A DNA stretch of 62,982 bases, filler included, from Hyphochytrium catenoides (GCA_900088475.1; 8 parts of 8 records of this genome joined end to end with filler, not necessarily neighbours in it), one strand, 5' to 3'. Positions 49,108 to 61,047 are shown, counted from the whole stretch's first letter. Made by a program: numbers and translations. Notes: generated from the sequence alone by a model not told the origin.

Positions 49108-50686
49108 ATGATGGTTGATCTTCAGAGCGTCTCGTACGTGTTGGGCATGATAGTGTTTACCGCAGACATCATCGTTGCTGTCATGGTCACAGTGCTGTTT
49201 ATCTTTCGGAGGACCAAGTACCCGTTAAACGTGACACCAGTGGTCTGGCCCATCATTGTGCATCTCTCCATTCCCATCTGCCTTGTCACGATCCTAGGAA
49301 GGGTTCTCAAATTCTCTTGCAACTCTGCGGCGCTCGTCTACCTCTACTATACCGTTTTGTACATCGCCCCATGTGGGCTTGTTGCCAAGATGTTCCGTGT
49401 CTGGTTCGTCTACCAGGAGCAGAACGCGGTGATGAACGGCGCTGTAGAGAGAGAAAGACAGAAGCCAGCCATGAATGACACAGGAGCCCAGACTTCAACG
49501 CTCAAGAAAGTTCCCGGTGGAGTCATCATCAGCCAAAAGACCCGCGGGCTTTCTTGCCGTTGCTTGTGTTTGTCTTGATTCTCATTGTTTATCAGTGCCA
49601 GGCGATAACGTCAGTCCTTGACTATTACGCCGAGCTGGACCAGCAGGACGGGACCGCATTCGATTTTGTTCAGTGCTATGGCAAGTCCAGCATATCGGTA
49701 CGTCTTGGCCTGTCCACTATCATTGCACTGCGTAGGTCAGCTCTCTGACTGACGATCCCTCATTTCATCTCAATGCCTACTTTCTTCCTTGCTAGCTTGG
49801 ACTGGGCAGGATTCTCCCACTCTATCTGGTGCTCATGATGATCTATCTGGCCTATCGCATGCGCTCTGTTCAAGAAGCCTTTGATCTCAAGGCACAGTGC
49901 AGGAAGATTGGCCTACTCGCACTTTGCATCATCGTTCCGCTGAACGTGCTTATGATCTTCTTGCAAGGCAATCCCATCTTCGACTTTATTAGCCTCTTCG
50001 GCATGTCTGGCACGGTAGCAAGCTACAACTTCTACTGCGGGATCTTGCCATTACGCATCTCCTTTGTAGAGGAAAGGAAGAAGATTCTAGGCTCAGCTCG
50101 AACCTCCGCTAGAGTGTCAGCTAGTGGACCACCTCAGAGCAGCAAAAGTATCAAAAATGCGATGGATCTCAGGCAGGTACTCTCTCACCCCAGCAATGCA
50201 GAGTATGCCAGCTTATTCCAGAAGTATCTGGTCAAAGAGTTCTGCGTTGAGAACATGCTTTTCATCAAGGCGACGATTGACCTTCGACGGCTGATGGCCG
50301 ATGACAAGGACGCTATTTATCGCAAGGTCAAGGAGATCACCGAGTCCTATCTTCTGGAGGGAACAATGACAGAAGTCAACATCAGCAGCGCGCTGAGGTC
50401 TCAGACATTGGACCGAGTAACAAAGGCAACACGAGACACCGTCTCCTTGGATTTTTTCGAGACAGTTGAGAACGAGGTGTACCGAATGTGTCTGGACCCA
50501 TTCAATCGCTTTCTTTTGAGGGAGCACATCATCCTGGCGTTCACGGTTTCTTCTTCTTCTACGGCTGCTGCCGCAGGCTCTACGCCAGTGACAGAGGGCA
50601 GCGAAGATCATGGGGCGTTGACAGAGCGCAAGAATAATAAGGCCTCCGTTGTTCATCCGTCCTCCGACGATACAACCACCACCTAA
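49108..50686 (+). CDS. 7TM-RGS protein (multi-TM receptor-like domain plus RGS box), with one frame disruption near 49510-49550
   Basis: Hydrophobic helices, intron 49698-49795, LAYRMRSVQEAFDLK, and RGS motifs FQKYLVKEFCVENMLF, ITESYL, EVNISSALR, FETVENEVY, DPFNRF. Confidence 0.88.
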
Positions 50687-51113
50687 CCCTAAGCTGGAGA
50701 AGATGCTGTAGATCATTGTTGCTGGTCGGAGAGGAGATTCATCCTACGTGGCGGCATGATTCCTTGACAGGCAGCAGGGTACTTGCGCTATCATCATAGC
50801 GTTGCATATCTATCTTGAGGTCCATTCGTCGTTCTCTTCTCCTTCCCATCTCCCCTTATAACGTCTCCTCGCTTAGATAGCGATCTCCTCGCTGAGAAAG
50901 CGATCTCCTCCAAGTAACATAAGAACTAAGGAGACATTCCCAGCTTATCCCTTCCACTCAGCTGGATGCTATTATTAGTCAGTTGTATGGCGTTGCGACT
51001 TGTTGCTAGGTCTTCTTTGACTAAATAAAGCTTCTATCACTCACGCATTAGCGCGCAAACGCCTCCTCTACTCGTCTATGCGCGCCTTTCTACCTACCTG
51101 ATGGATAGAGGAA

Positions 51114-51830
51114 CTAATCAGCGGACCATAGGCACATCCATGTGTCGCCTGTCTCGAGAGATTCCGGGGATCGTTGAAACCCAAAGATCTCTCGCTCCTG
51201 GTAGAAGTTATGTGCTCTCGTGAACCAATTGACAATATCCCCGGGGGCGCGATGTACGATGGAGCCATCGTCCTCATGGGCATAGGCAGCGAGGTTTACA
51301 GGGCTTTCTCCTCTGGCTATCATGCAGAAACTTCCTAGAGCTGGGCCGTTGATCTGATAATAATGCACCTCTTTCCTGGTATGCGGACCACGAAATCTAT
51401 CATTTATCTGTCGCCAGGTATAGAAGTGCCCAGTCCGGAAGGTAACGTTATGAACGTCATCGGCGGACCACCAGCACCGGTAGTCCCATGAAGCTTCCAT
51501 GTCTGTCGTCTCCTGAAGAAAGCCATAGATATCATGCTCTTGATATTGATAGGCTGTATGCCTTCTGGCACACCAGTCAACCACATCCCTAGGACTGTTG
51601 AATATGGCGGTAAACTCCTCATCATCTGCTGGATCCTGATCTGCATTGCCGCCGGCAATGTGACTGGCCGCCGGGGCTCTGGGTAGTACCAACCAGAAGC
51701 GGCAAAGGCGATCCTGTGACAGTATATGAGACTTGTAGCAGCACACTTCTCCTCGTGCCTTGGGTCCGCGGAAGTGGTTGTCGATCTCTTCTGCGCTGTA
51801 GATAGACCCCACTGTGAAGACCACCATCAT
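51114..51830 (-). CDS. Intronless orphan protein made of two tandem ~118-aa homologous domains
   Basis: Both halves share FxxGxxYxxxxIxxxFRGPxxRxEVxxY, PxDxVxWxxRxHxxYQ, IxGF and CxWSAD. ATG at 51830 or 51827. Confidence 0.8.
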   Translation of the reverse strand: MMVVFTVGSIYSAEEIDNHFRGPKARGEVCCYKSHILSQDRLCRFWLVLPRAPAASHIAGGNADQDPADDEEFTAIFNSPRDVVDWCARRHTAYQYQEHDIYGFLQETTDMEASWDYRCWWSADDVHNVTFRTGHFYTWRQINDRFRGPHTRKEVHYYQINGPALGSFCMIARGESPVNLAAYAHEDDGSIVHRAPGDIVNWFTRAHNFYQEREIFGFQRSPESLETGDTWMCLWSAD

Positions 51831-51880
51831 CACGGTTGTCTCTATCTGCTCCAGCCAGTGGCGACCTTCCCTATCCTTCA

Positions 51881-52133
51881 CTGAGAACTAAGAACTGTTG
51901 AGAACTAAGAACTGAGAACTAAGAACTGTTTTTGCCTTTGCCTAATATAAAGACTGATCTCCGTTTTTGCCTTTGCCTAATATAAAGACTGATCTCCGTT
52001 TTTGCCTCCGCCACTGATATTAAGACTGATCTCCCACCTGGGTAATATAAAGACTGATCTCCGTTTTTGCCTCTGCCTAATATAAAGACTGATCTCCGTT
52101 TTTGCCGCAGGCGAGTCTATAAAGACGATGTCC
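51881..52133. repeat. Two adjacent tandem arrays: (tgagaactaagaac)x3 and a ~35-bp unit x5-6
   Basis: Unit gtttttgcctttgcctaatataaagactgatctcc, with a conserved core taatataaagactgatctcc. Confidence 0.92.
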
Positions 52134-54463
52134 ATAACTGATGTCCTTGCTTAGGTAGTTCTAGACATCGAAGACATCGGTTGATTGTGTTTGGTTTTTT
52201 GCTCCTTCGAAAGAAAGTATCCAGGCATTATAACCATGGTGAATTAATGGTAGTTTTCGTCAAACGGTCAAAAGTACCTGCGAGAATTTTGCAGACAAAG
52301 CAAAAAGAAGTGATGATGTTGTTGCCAGTTGCCAATGCGAAAAAGAGGTTACTTCTTGCTAACTTCTAGTCTCATCTGAAGGTACGTCGTCATTGTGTCT
52401 GAAGCAGAAGTCACCAAAAAGGTTTCGGGTAGCGTTCGAGAAGATCACGAAGTAGCATCATCAACCGTCCACCATCATCATCATGCTGCAGAATCGTCAT
52501 TCAATCCTGAAGGCTCTCCTTCATGAAAGCGTACCTTTTTTCCATCAAATTTTGGCTTCATCATCAAATACTTCCATCACTATTTATACCGTCTATTATC
52601 ATTATCATGAAGACAATGTCAGTTTGTCTTTTTCCCTCTCTCAGTGACGACTGATTCAGCTACTACGCNNNNNNNNNNNNNNNNNNNNNNNNNNNNNNNN
52701 NNNNNNNNNNNNTTAATTAATTAANNNNNNNNNNNNNNNNNNNNNNNNNNNNNNNNNNNNNNNNNNNNCCTGTGGTGTCCTAGATATCATCAAGGCGGCA
52801 TGTTCCTCTTTGCACCGTCTAACCTAGACATTAACCACTATCTCACCCTGAAGTTTTTCAAAATCTAAGGCTGCTGCCTGTTTCAATCTCCATTTATTCT
52901 GAAGAAATACCGCAATCCTAAATGGACTAACAAAAATGTCCACCGCAGCACTTTTAATCAAAATCCTTCTATTCCTAAATATAAGCCGCTCTGTAAGGCC
53001 AAGGTGACTGAAACACAGGAAGGAATCCTGAGGATAGACCGGCCTGGGCTAGCAACCTTTGCTCTCCCGGTTGTGCTTTTTTGTCTGTCCATGTTGCCCT
53101 GCTTCAAACCTTTTTATGTTCGCCTATCTCGTGGCGTTCTCCCTTTATCTCACTGCGATCCCCTCCTGCCTCGTTCTTTCTCTTCCAAGTTAGTAATAGG
53201 GATCCTGAGAGATCTGACTCCATTCCCCTTCACTCTGTTTTGTGCCATAATCACTCTTTCTCGCCTATACATTTTCTCTTAGGTTGTTAGACGGGCCTGT
53301 CACACAAACAGAGGGAAAAAGTAAGAAGAGATAGAAATGCACAGTTCGCCTGCAGCAGAANNNNNNNNNNNNNNNNNNNNNNNNNNNNNNNNNNNNNNNN
53401 NNNNNNNNNNNNNNNNNNNNNNNNNNNNNNNNNNNNNNNNNNNNNNNNNNNNNGAGAGGAGAGAGAGAAGAGAAGCAATGAAGCGATGGCTCCATCATCA
53501 TTATTATCGACATCTAGAGCGTTGGAGGGCAAGGAAGGCTCCCGAGCTTCTGAGTGTCAGGAATATACGGACGATAGCGGGAAATGGCGCCAAGAGAGAG
53601 AGAGAGAGAGGAGAGAGAAAGAAAGAGAGAAAAGGCAGGAGAGAAAGGGAACTGCGATGGGAAGCAGAGAGGCGAACCTGACTAAAGAGGGAGAGCAAGG
53701 AGCAAAGCAGCAAGAACTGGAAGTGGTTGTCAGGCACTTTCTTACCTCTGCTTTAAACATTGCTGGCGGCCTAAGACAGGGAGAGGAAGAAAGGGGAGGA
53801 CCAATGCACTATCAGCAGGATGATGGGTCCGCATTCCAATACACAGACACAAAAAAGAGATCTCTCTCTCTCTCTCTCAACTGTCGTATCGTGTCTGTTC
53901 CCTCAACCCTCTCCCACCGTCTCCCCTATAATTTGAATGGGATCGCCAGCCCTGAAGGCCAGTTCTGGTGCCGGGTGACTCCTCGCAGGACTCTAGTAGC
54001 ACCGCTACTCTTCTTGCCTTCTATGTCGAGCACATTTACTATCCAATGCTCCCATCTCTTCTCTCTCTCTCTCTCTATCCATCGATCTATCTCTCCCTGG
54101 CTCTCCTTTCCAACGTTCTGCTCTGTCACTCACATAGAGGAGCTACTTCTTGTTACCACTACAATCTGCAGTGCTACGCGTCATAGATTCTAGCGGTAAG
54201 AGAAGATAGGAATCAGATCGCTCTCAGCTCCTAGCATCCGGAGAAAGCTTCCTCCTGCCTGCTCTTGCCAGTTCCGTCTCCCTCTCATCATCTCATTTTC
54301 CTCACTGAGCTCAAGTGGACCTCTCCTCCGGCGCGGCAAGCAACCCTCATTGCCTCCGGCTCCCACCGTCCAGCTTACCTCTCAGCAACGCTCCTCACAA
54401 GCACCTGTCTCTCCTACTTCTTCCCCTAATCAATCCCTTGCTTACAGAAACCAGAAACTTACA

Positions 54464-55234
54464 ATGGCAGCTGTAGCCCCCAACACCCAGTTCTCCATGG
54501 CCCGCCCGGGTCTTCCCTCTTTTAGCTCTGTCTTCGGGCAGACGCTCTCTCCCAAGACATCCCCCAAGCGCCACTTCACTGAGATGAACACAGCCAGCAA
54601 GAAGCTGCTCGTTATGTCTCCTGCAAGCTCTCTTGGGCAGCTCTCCCTCTACTCTCCCGCAGCAGCAGCACACGCCTACCGCCCGCCACTCCGAGTTGAT
54701 TACCACGCCCCAGCTCAGAGATATCATGACCAGCGGCCGTACATGCTGCTTACCAATGACGGTACTCCTGCTAACGTTGTCTACTTCCATCCTGGTTCTC
54801 TGGAGAGCCACCTTCACTTCATGAAGGCTTCTCCCTCCAACAAGGGCAACACAGGAAGATGGACCAAAGAGGAACAAACGCTTTTCCTTGAGGGCTACAA
54901 GAAGCACGGGAGGAACTGGAAAAAGATTGGTGAGATGATCCCTACCAGGACTCTGGTGCAGATCCGCACTCATGCCCAGAAGATCCTCCCCAAAGTTCTT
55001 AAGGAGGAGGACGATAAGACCTCTTCGTGTGGGTCCGAGACAGAGGAGGTTGCCACGCCTATGATGTCCAAGAGACCCAGGCTGTCCAATATCCTTAGCA
55101 GCGATGATGAGGATACTCATTCTGTCTCAAGCGAGGAAGAAAACAGCACAACTACCCCCACGGAACCTGTCAAGCCCCAAGCAGTGAAGCAGGATCCCCT
55201 TGCCGCTCTTGCATCCGTTGCTCTTCGGGCATGA
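54464..55234 (+). CDS. Single-repeat Myb transcription factor (SHAQKY/THAQKY class)
   Basis: NTGRWTKEEQTLFLEGYKKHGRNWKKIGEMIPTRTLVQIRTHAQK. Confidence 0.93.
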   Translation: MAAVAPNTQFSMARPGLPSFSSVFGQTLSPKTSPKRHFTEMNTASKKLLVMSPASSLGQLSLYSPAAAAHAYRPPLRVDYHAPAQRYHDQRPYMLLTNDGTPANVVYFHPGSLESHLHFMKASPSNKGNTGRWTKEEQTLFLEGYKKHGRNWKKIGEMIPTRTLVQIRTHAQKILPKVLKEEDDKTSSCGSETEEVATPMMSKRPRLSNILSSDDEDTHSVSSEEENSTTTPTEPVKPQAVKQDPLAALASVALRA

Positions 55235-56249
55235 AGAAGAGAACCGTGAAAAGCAAACTGAAGAAGAGATGACTACTCCCTTCTCTTCATCGTATGTCGC
55301 TCCCTCTACCTGTGCAGCTGCCGGTCCGTAGCCCACAGGAGGCCTAGGGCGAGCGTCAGCCGCACCCTTCATATCATTGCGTGGGCCTGATAATATTTTG
55401 ACGTTATCACCCTAGCAATTATTTTAGCATACTTTTATTATATGTTATCGCTCACCAGCCGTCTTCCGTAGTAGCGTAGCTCCATAAAAATAACGATGAA
55501 CATCAAGCAACATCATCAGTATCTCACATCACTCTGCCACAAAGCATCTCAAGAGAGACTAATAAGGCCACATTCTAGGTTAGCCTCTGCTATCTCAGTA
55601 TCTCCTGTACTCACATCTCACGAAGAACTATCACATCGGGAAAAAAGCGAGGAAAAGCTCTATAATTCAGAGTTCTTGAGTCTCTGCCGTGCTCCAGTGC
55701 TTGTTAGGAATCCGCGCTGGTGCCGCTGCTCTTATTATTGGCCGTGTTGATGTCTCTGTCTGTCTGTTGTTTACCTCTTCTCCATGCTATGAGCACTTCC
55801 TAGTAGTAAAGGTTAGAGGCACCGCCGCCGACAGCCATCACCGAAAAGTCATTTCCTGTGCAGCAATCACATCTCTTTTATGAAGGTTTTATTTCATATT
55901 CTACATTAATTCTAAAAAAGTAAGCAGCTGACTGAAAGGTCTACTATGTTCTCTGTTGGGCCTAAAACAATATAAAGAGTATCAAATCCTGAATTAATAC
56001 TCAATAAATAATCTATCTGTTTATTGCCTGCTCGTGCCGTCTATCCAATAGGGAAGCCCGACTGATGATCACTCTAATGGTCCTACCTAAACTAAACTTG
56101 ATGTTCTAAATCTCCCCTAGGGTCTGACCTAGTTTATATTCCGCCATTTCCTACTCTGTCTGTCCGCCCTCGACGAGATAATAAGGCAAAAAAGTCAAGA
56201 TCCTCCACCCTGATCAGAACCCACAGTCGGGATGAAGCTGATGCAAGAT

Positions 56250-56545
56250 CTTGTTCTCTTTCTCTCTCTCTCTCTCTCTGTCTGTCTGTCGTCTGTCTGT
56301 CTCTTCGCTCTCTCTCTCTCTCTCTCTCTTTTTTTCTCTCTTTCTCTAGCCCTCTCTCTCCTCTCACTCTTCCTCGTTCTCTTAACTCTCTCCCTCTTTC
56401 CCTCTCTCTCTCCCTTCCTCGTTCTCTCTGTTTTCACTCTCCCTCTTTCTCTTTCTCTTTCTTTTTCTCTCTCTCACTTCCTCTTTCTATCTATCTTTTC
56501 TCTCTCTCTCTCTCTCTTTTGCGCTCTCTCTGTCTCTCTCTCTTC
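56250..56545. repeat. Long imperfect (CT)n/(GA)n tract; similar tracts at 31330-31580, 56990-57050 and 60940-61050
   Basis: Seen directly in the sequence. Confidence 0.95.
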
Positions 56546-56990
56546 TCTGTTCCTCCTACCAGACACAGTCAGGATGCTCCCAGACTGTCGTATGGAGAAG
56601 GAGAGTCTCTGCTGAGAAACCTCAAGTCCCAGGTGTCTGTCCATCTTCCCTCACAGCCGGGGCTACTCTGTATCTTGGTCACTACTGATCCAGGGCCAGA
56701 CTGTCTCTCTCTCCCCTCAGCTTCATGCTGCTCTCTCTCTCTCTCTCTTCACCAATGAGTAGCAGCAACGGTTAGACATCTCACTTTCTCTGTCATGTTC
56801 TCCATTCTCTCTTCAGTCCAGTGAAGCGTCCGCCCTTTCAAGAACAGAGCTCTCACCTCCTTCATCCTTCCACCGTCAGGTCGATCCAATCGCTTGTGCG
56901 GCTGTAGCATCTCTCTCTCTCTCTCTCTTTCAGTCAAACCGCCATCATTGCCTTCGATCGTCCTCCCCCGAGTGAGAGAGGAAATGTTCC

Positions 56991-57051
<61 letters not shown>

Positions 57052-57486
57052 TCTGGCGTACAAGTTGCACGAAGCTAAAAGCTAATTGAAGTTTCTTTGC
57101 CTTAGTCTAACTCATCCACTTGAACTGGCTGTTGTCTAGGAGGAGGAGCAGGAGCAGAGCTGCCTTGCCGCCGGGCAGATGAAGGAAGAAGATCTGGAAG
57201 ATCGTCATCATCGTCTTCCTCTTCTTCGTCTTCTCTCTTTCCCTCGTCTTTATCCTGCAGGCTTAGCTGGGCAATGTCTCTCTCTGTCTCTTCTTCTCTC
57301 NNNNNNNNNNNNNNNNNNNNNNNNNNNNNNNNNNNNNNNNNNNNTTAATTAATTAANNNNNNNNNNNNNNNNNNNNNNNNNNNNNNNNNNNNNNNNNNNN
57401 GGCTTATAAGTCGAGCACTCTCATCTAATGACATTGTCCAATCAACCCATACAAATCCAACATATGAAAGGGCCAGATCAAAAAAG

Positions 57487-57911
57487 ATGTTAGGCCCGGT
57501 ATTTGTGGGGCCCTTCCCCGTCGAACGTATTATCTCCGCCACGGCATATAGACTCTCTCTACCCCACATCTACCGACGCTCATATCCCCTCTTTCATGTC
57601 TCCCAGCTGAAACTTTACCTTCCTCCCACAGACCATCGACAAGAACCTCCCCCACCACCACCTGATATTATTGACGGCCACGAAGAATATGAAGTAGAAA
57701 AAATACTCGACACTCGCTTGTACAGACGCCGTCGACAATATTTAGTGAAATGGAAAGGTTACCCTGACCACGAAGCATCTTGGGAGCCAGACACCATGCT
57801 CACAAGTGCAGACGAAGTCCTAACGGACTTCTGGGCGCAATAAACGACAGCTCTGCGCCCCGAGAGCTTCCCACCAGTAGAGGGAGGAGGTCTACATAGG
57901 AAGGGAAAGAG
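57487..57911 (+). mobile_element. 3' end of a chromovirus (Ty3/gypsy) pol: GPY/F motif, chromodomain and polypurine tract
   Basis: FVGPFPV..AYRLSLP..FHVSQLK, then YEVEKIL..QYLVKWKGYPDHEASWEP. PPT aggaagggaaagag at 57898-57911 followed by TG. Confidence 0.92.
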
Positions 57912-58030
57912 TGTAGGGAAACCTCTTAGTTAGCTCTTGCAACTAGTAGCTTCCTTCCTATTATTGACCATAAATATATTTTCCTTCTAACCCACAACCA
58001 CTTTCCTTACATTAAGACTTTGCGATTCAC

Positions 58031-58190
58031 CTAAACCCTACTACCTACATAGTGCTTGTTGACATCAATATGTTTCGATGTTGGTCTCAACATTTCGCAG
58101 ACTGTTATTGTACGCTTGTTATCTTGATGTGCGAGGATGGGTCTACTCACTGGACAGTGAAGTTCCTGTAAGAAATAGAAGATGGGTTCT
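58031..58190 (-). pseudogene. Ty1/copia RNase H fragment
   Basis: PILAHQDNKRTI..TSKHIDVNKHYV matches copia DNxxAI..RTKHIDxxYHF. Confidence 0.7.
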
Positions 58191-58391
58191 GCGTTTTGGC
58201 TCCGGTCCCAAGTGAGATACACTCTGCTTCTTCAGTGGTTGAAGAGGCCACTATGTCGTGCTTCTAGACTTCCAACTGAAAGCACCGGTCCCTAGAGTAA
58301 GAAAGTAGCCAGAGATGGTTTCCTGTCGTTGAGATCATTCGCCCAATCGACATGGCGAAGAGTTGTGGTAGTGTTGGACTCTGATTGTTGT

Positions 58392-58562
58392 TATTAGGAC
58401 TGTGAGTTGTATCCGGTCTATAGTCCCTGGTCACTCCAGTCTTGTACGGATATTTGTTGCAATGTCTTTGTGGTGGCACGCTTGGTTAATCATTCATGAG
58501 ATCCAGGTTCAAGTCCTGGGATATCCTTTACCTTTTCCACTGTACTCTAATAGCGATTTCAT
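58392..58562 (+). repeat. LTR-like family C, truncated copy, containing a tRNA-like cassette (58448-58526)
   Basis: Starts TATTAGGACTGTG. Acceptor-like stem GGATATT/GATATCC and T arm CCAGG-TTCAAGT-CCTGG. Collinear with 59227-59420. Confidence 0.75.
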
Positions 58563-59226
58563 TTTGTGGAGGATATTCGACGGCTACGGCTTTCCCAGTT
58601 AGTTGGCCTAAGGACTCACTGTCCAGCCGTACCAATTAGAGTCCTCATCTACCTAATTATGACTGTTGCTTTATCCGCCTATGTCCAATATCGGAATGGG
58701 CCACAGTCCTGACTTTAGCTGAGTGCTCATTTGGAGGTAGTGTTGGACTTGTGCTCTTCGTAGGAGATTGATGAATGAATTAGTTGATCAAAGTGACCAA
58801 GTGCTCATCAAGCTCTTGTCTAGTGATTCTTCTAGAGCTAGCTAGCTAAGTACGTAAGTCGCTAACTTACTAAAGAAACTACTGAGCTACTCCGATATCC
58901 AAGTTCTACGATGAAAGAGCAACACATGCAAAGAAGATAGAAGTAGAAGGGAGTGAGAGAGAAAGACCTCAGAAGAGACACGAAGGAAGAAAGGCTTTCA
59001 AGAGCTTCGGCCCTTGTGTCCAGTGAGACGTTCAGAGCGCCATCAGATTTTCCATCTGCAAAGTCTAACGCAGAAGACCAGCATGGTCTAATGCAGAGAC
59101 AGTGCGCGAGAGACTTCCAGTGCAGAGTCCGAAGGTCTTAACTTCCATTACTCTTTACCGATGGGCAACTCAAGGAGCTCAGTTACTCATTTTGGAGTCT
59201 GAGTTGCTCCTTGACTTCAGTGGGAG

Positions 59227-59552
59227 TGTTAGGACTGTGTGGAGCTCAGTTACTCATTTTGGAGTCTGAGTATCCGGTATATAGTCCCTGGTCACTCCAG
59301 TCTTGTATGTATTGGTGCAATGTCTTTGTGGTAGCACGCTTGGTTGATCATTCATGAGATCCAGGTTCAAGTCCTGGAATCTCCTTTACTTTTCCACTGT
59401 ATTTTAAGAGCGATTTCCATCCATGTGGGCCTATAACCTGTTGGATTATATGGGATGATTGGACAATGTCATTAGATAAGAGTGCTCTACTTATAAGCCC
59501 AACTGCGGTCCCCAATCTAGAACTATTCTGACGATGCCAACTGTTCCTAATA
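59227..59552 (+). mobile_element. Probable copia-type LTR (family C) containing a tRNA-like cassette
   Basis: Purine run GGGAG, then TGTTAGGA...TCCTAATA near-inverted termini. Box B GGTTCAAGTCC near 59364. Segment 59427-59499 also occurs inverted at 57401-57474. Confidence 0.68.
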
Positions 59553-60201
59553 AACACTAAGATATTCAGTCATAGAGAAATCCCTGATGAAATTTACAGA
59601 GATGGGTGGCAATGCCTGAAGCTTCTGTATGNNNNNNNNNNNNNNNNNNNNNNNNNNNNNNNNNNNNNNNNNNNNTTAATTAATTAANNNNNNNNNNNNN
59701 NNNNNNNNNNNNNNNNNNNNNNNNNNNNNNNTCCTTCTTGCTCTCTCCGTCTCTAAATTTATCTAATACTCCTCCTCCTTCCGCTGTCAGTCTCTCTCTC
59801 TCTTTAACCTTCATAACCTCGCTTCTCTCTCTCTCTCTCTCTTTCTCTCTTTTGCCTTGTTCTCAGTCTCCGTTCCGGCACTTTCTCTCTCTTCGCTGGT
59901 GCCTTTTCTTTCTCGTTCATTCCTTTCCCATCTCACCATCCCCAATTGACGTCTCTCTCTCTCTCTCTCTCCCTCCAGGCCCACTGCCATCCAGAAGATG
60001 TCTTAGCTTACATTCGCGGGACGGGATACCGCGTAAAGTCTCTCTCTCCCTCTTCCTGCACCCTGGAGCACGTTCTCCAGCTGAAGAGAAGCTCTCCCTG
60101 GCACACGGAAGAGTTTCATAGAATGCTCTGTCACGTCAGAGCCGTCGTCCTACAGAGGCTTGTCAGCTATGCTGCAGAGAGCCAGCCCGCCCTGGGTGCT
60201 T

Positions 60202-60234
<33 letters not shown>

Positions 60235-61010
60235 AGAGAGGTGGTCAATTATTTATTTTGTGCTATTAGTCAACTGGCTTCCTTTATTTCTTTCTGACCA
60301 CAGTGGAAGATATATTTCTCGATTTCTATGAGAAGCGGACGTTGGAAGTAGGAGGGCAAGAGGAGAGGGAGAAAGACGGAAAAGAGAAGAAGAGAGAGAG
60401 GAAAAAAAGAGAGACATATGGAGAGAGGATAAAATGGAAGAAAGAAAAAAAAAGAGAGAGAGAGAGCGCTTTTGCGTCCAGATTCTGGCTTCGCTGCTCG
60501 CTAAAGAGTATCATCTGCTGATCGGGCAAAGGGAAAGTGAGACCAAAGAGCAGCGGGAGAGAGAACAAAAGAGAGAGAGGAGAGGAGATAAGGTCCTATC
60601 TCGACAATGAAGATGAAAGTGCAGATTTTATTGCCAAACAGAGATTATTGGATTTCTCTTGAGAAGAGAAATGAAAGGAGCGTGCTTTTCGGGAATCCTC
60701 ATTTAGCACTTACAAAGGCGAATATAGGGGATTGAATCCCAGAATATAACTGCTTGTGGGTGCTTTCAATCAGTATAGCCCTATCTATTATTTTCGCAAC
60801 TTCTTCTTTTACAAGGGACACATAGCCCGTGTTTATCTGTCGGTGCCGGAGAATAGAGGTTGTTTTCCGAATGCAGTAATTTTGTGTGATCTTATGGGGG
60901 TGAGGAGAAAAGTGGATCTTTCCTGTTCTTGTCTTTTGGTCTCTCTCTCTCTCTCTCTCACACTCACTCTCTCTCTCTCNNNNNNNNNNNNNNNNNNNNN
61001 NNNNNNNCTT

Positions 61011-61047
<37 letters not shown>

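Noticed and set aside
51928-52133. CRISPR-like appearance of a conserved core plus variable linkers
   Set aside because: Linkers are short and mostly copies of each other, there are no cas genes, and the context is eukaryotic.
54395-55120. 241-aa antisense ORF over the Myb gene (similarly 50213-50716 over RGS)
   Set aside because: Shadow ORFs expected from the codon bias of the sense genes.
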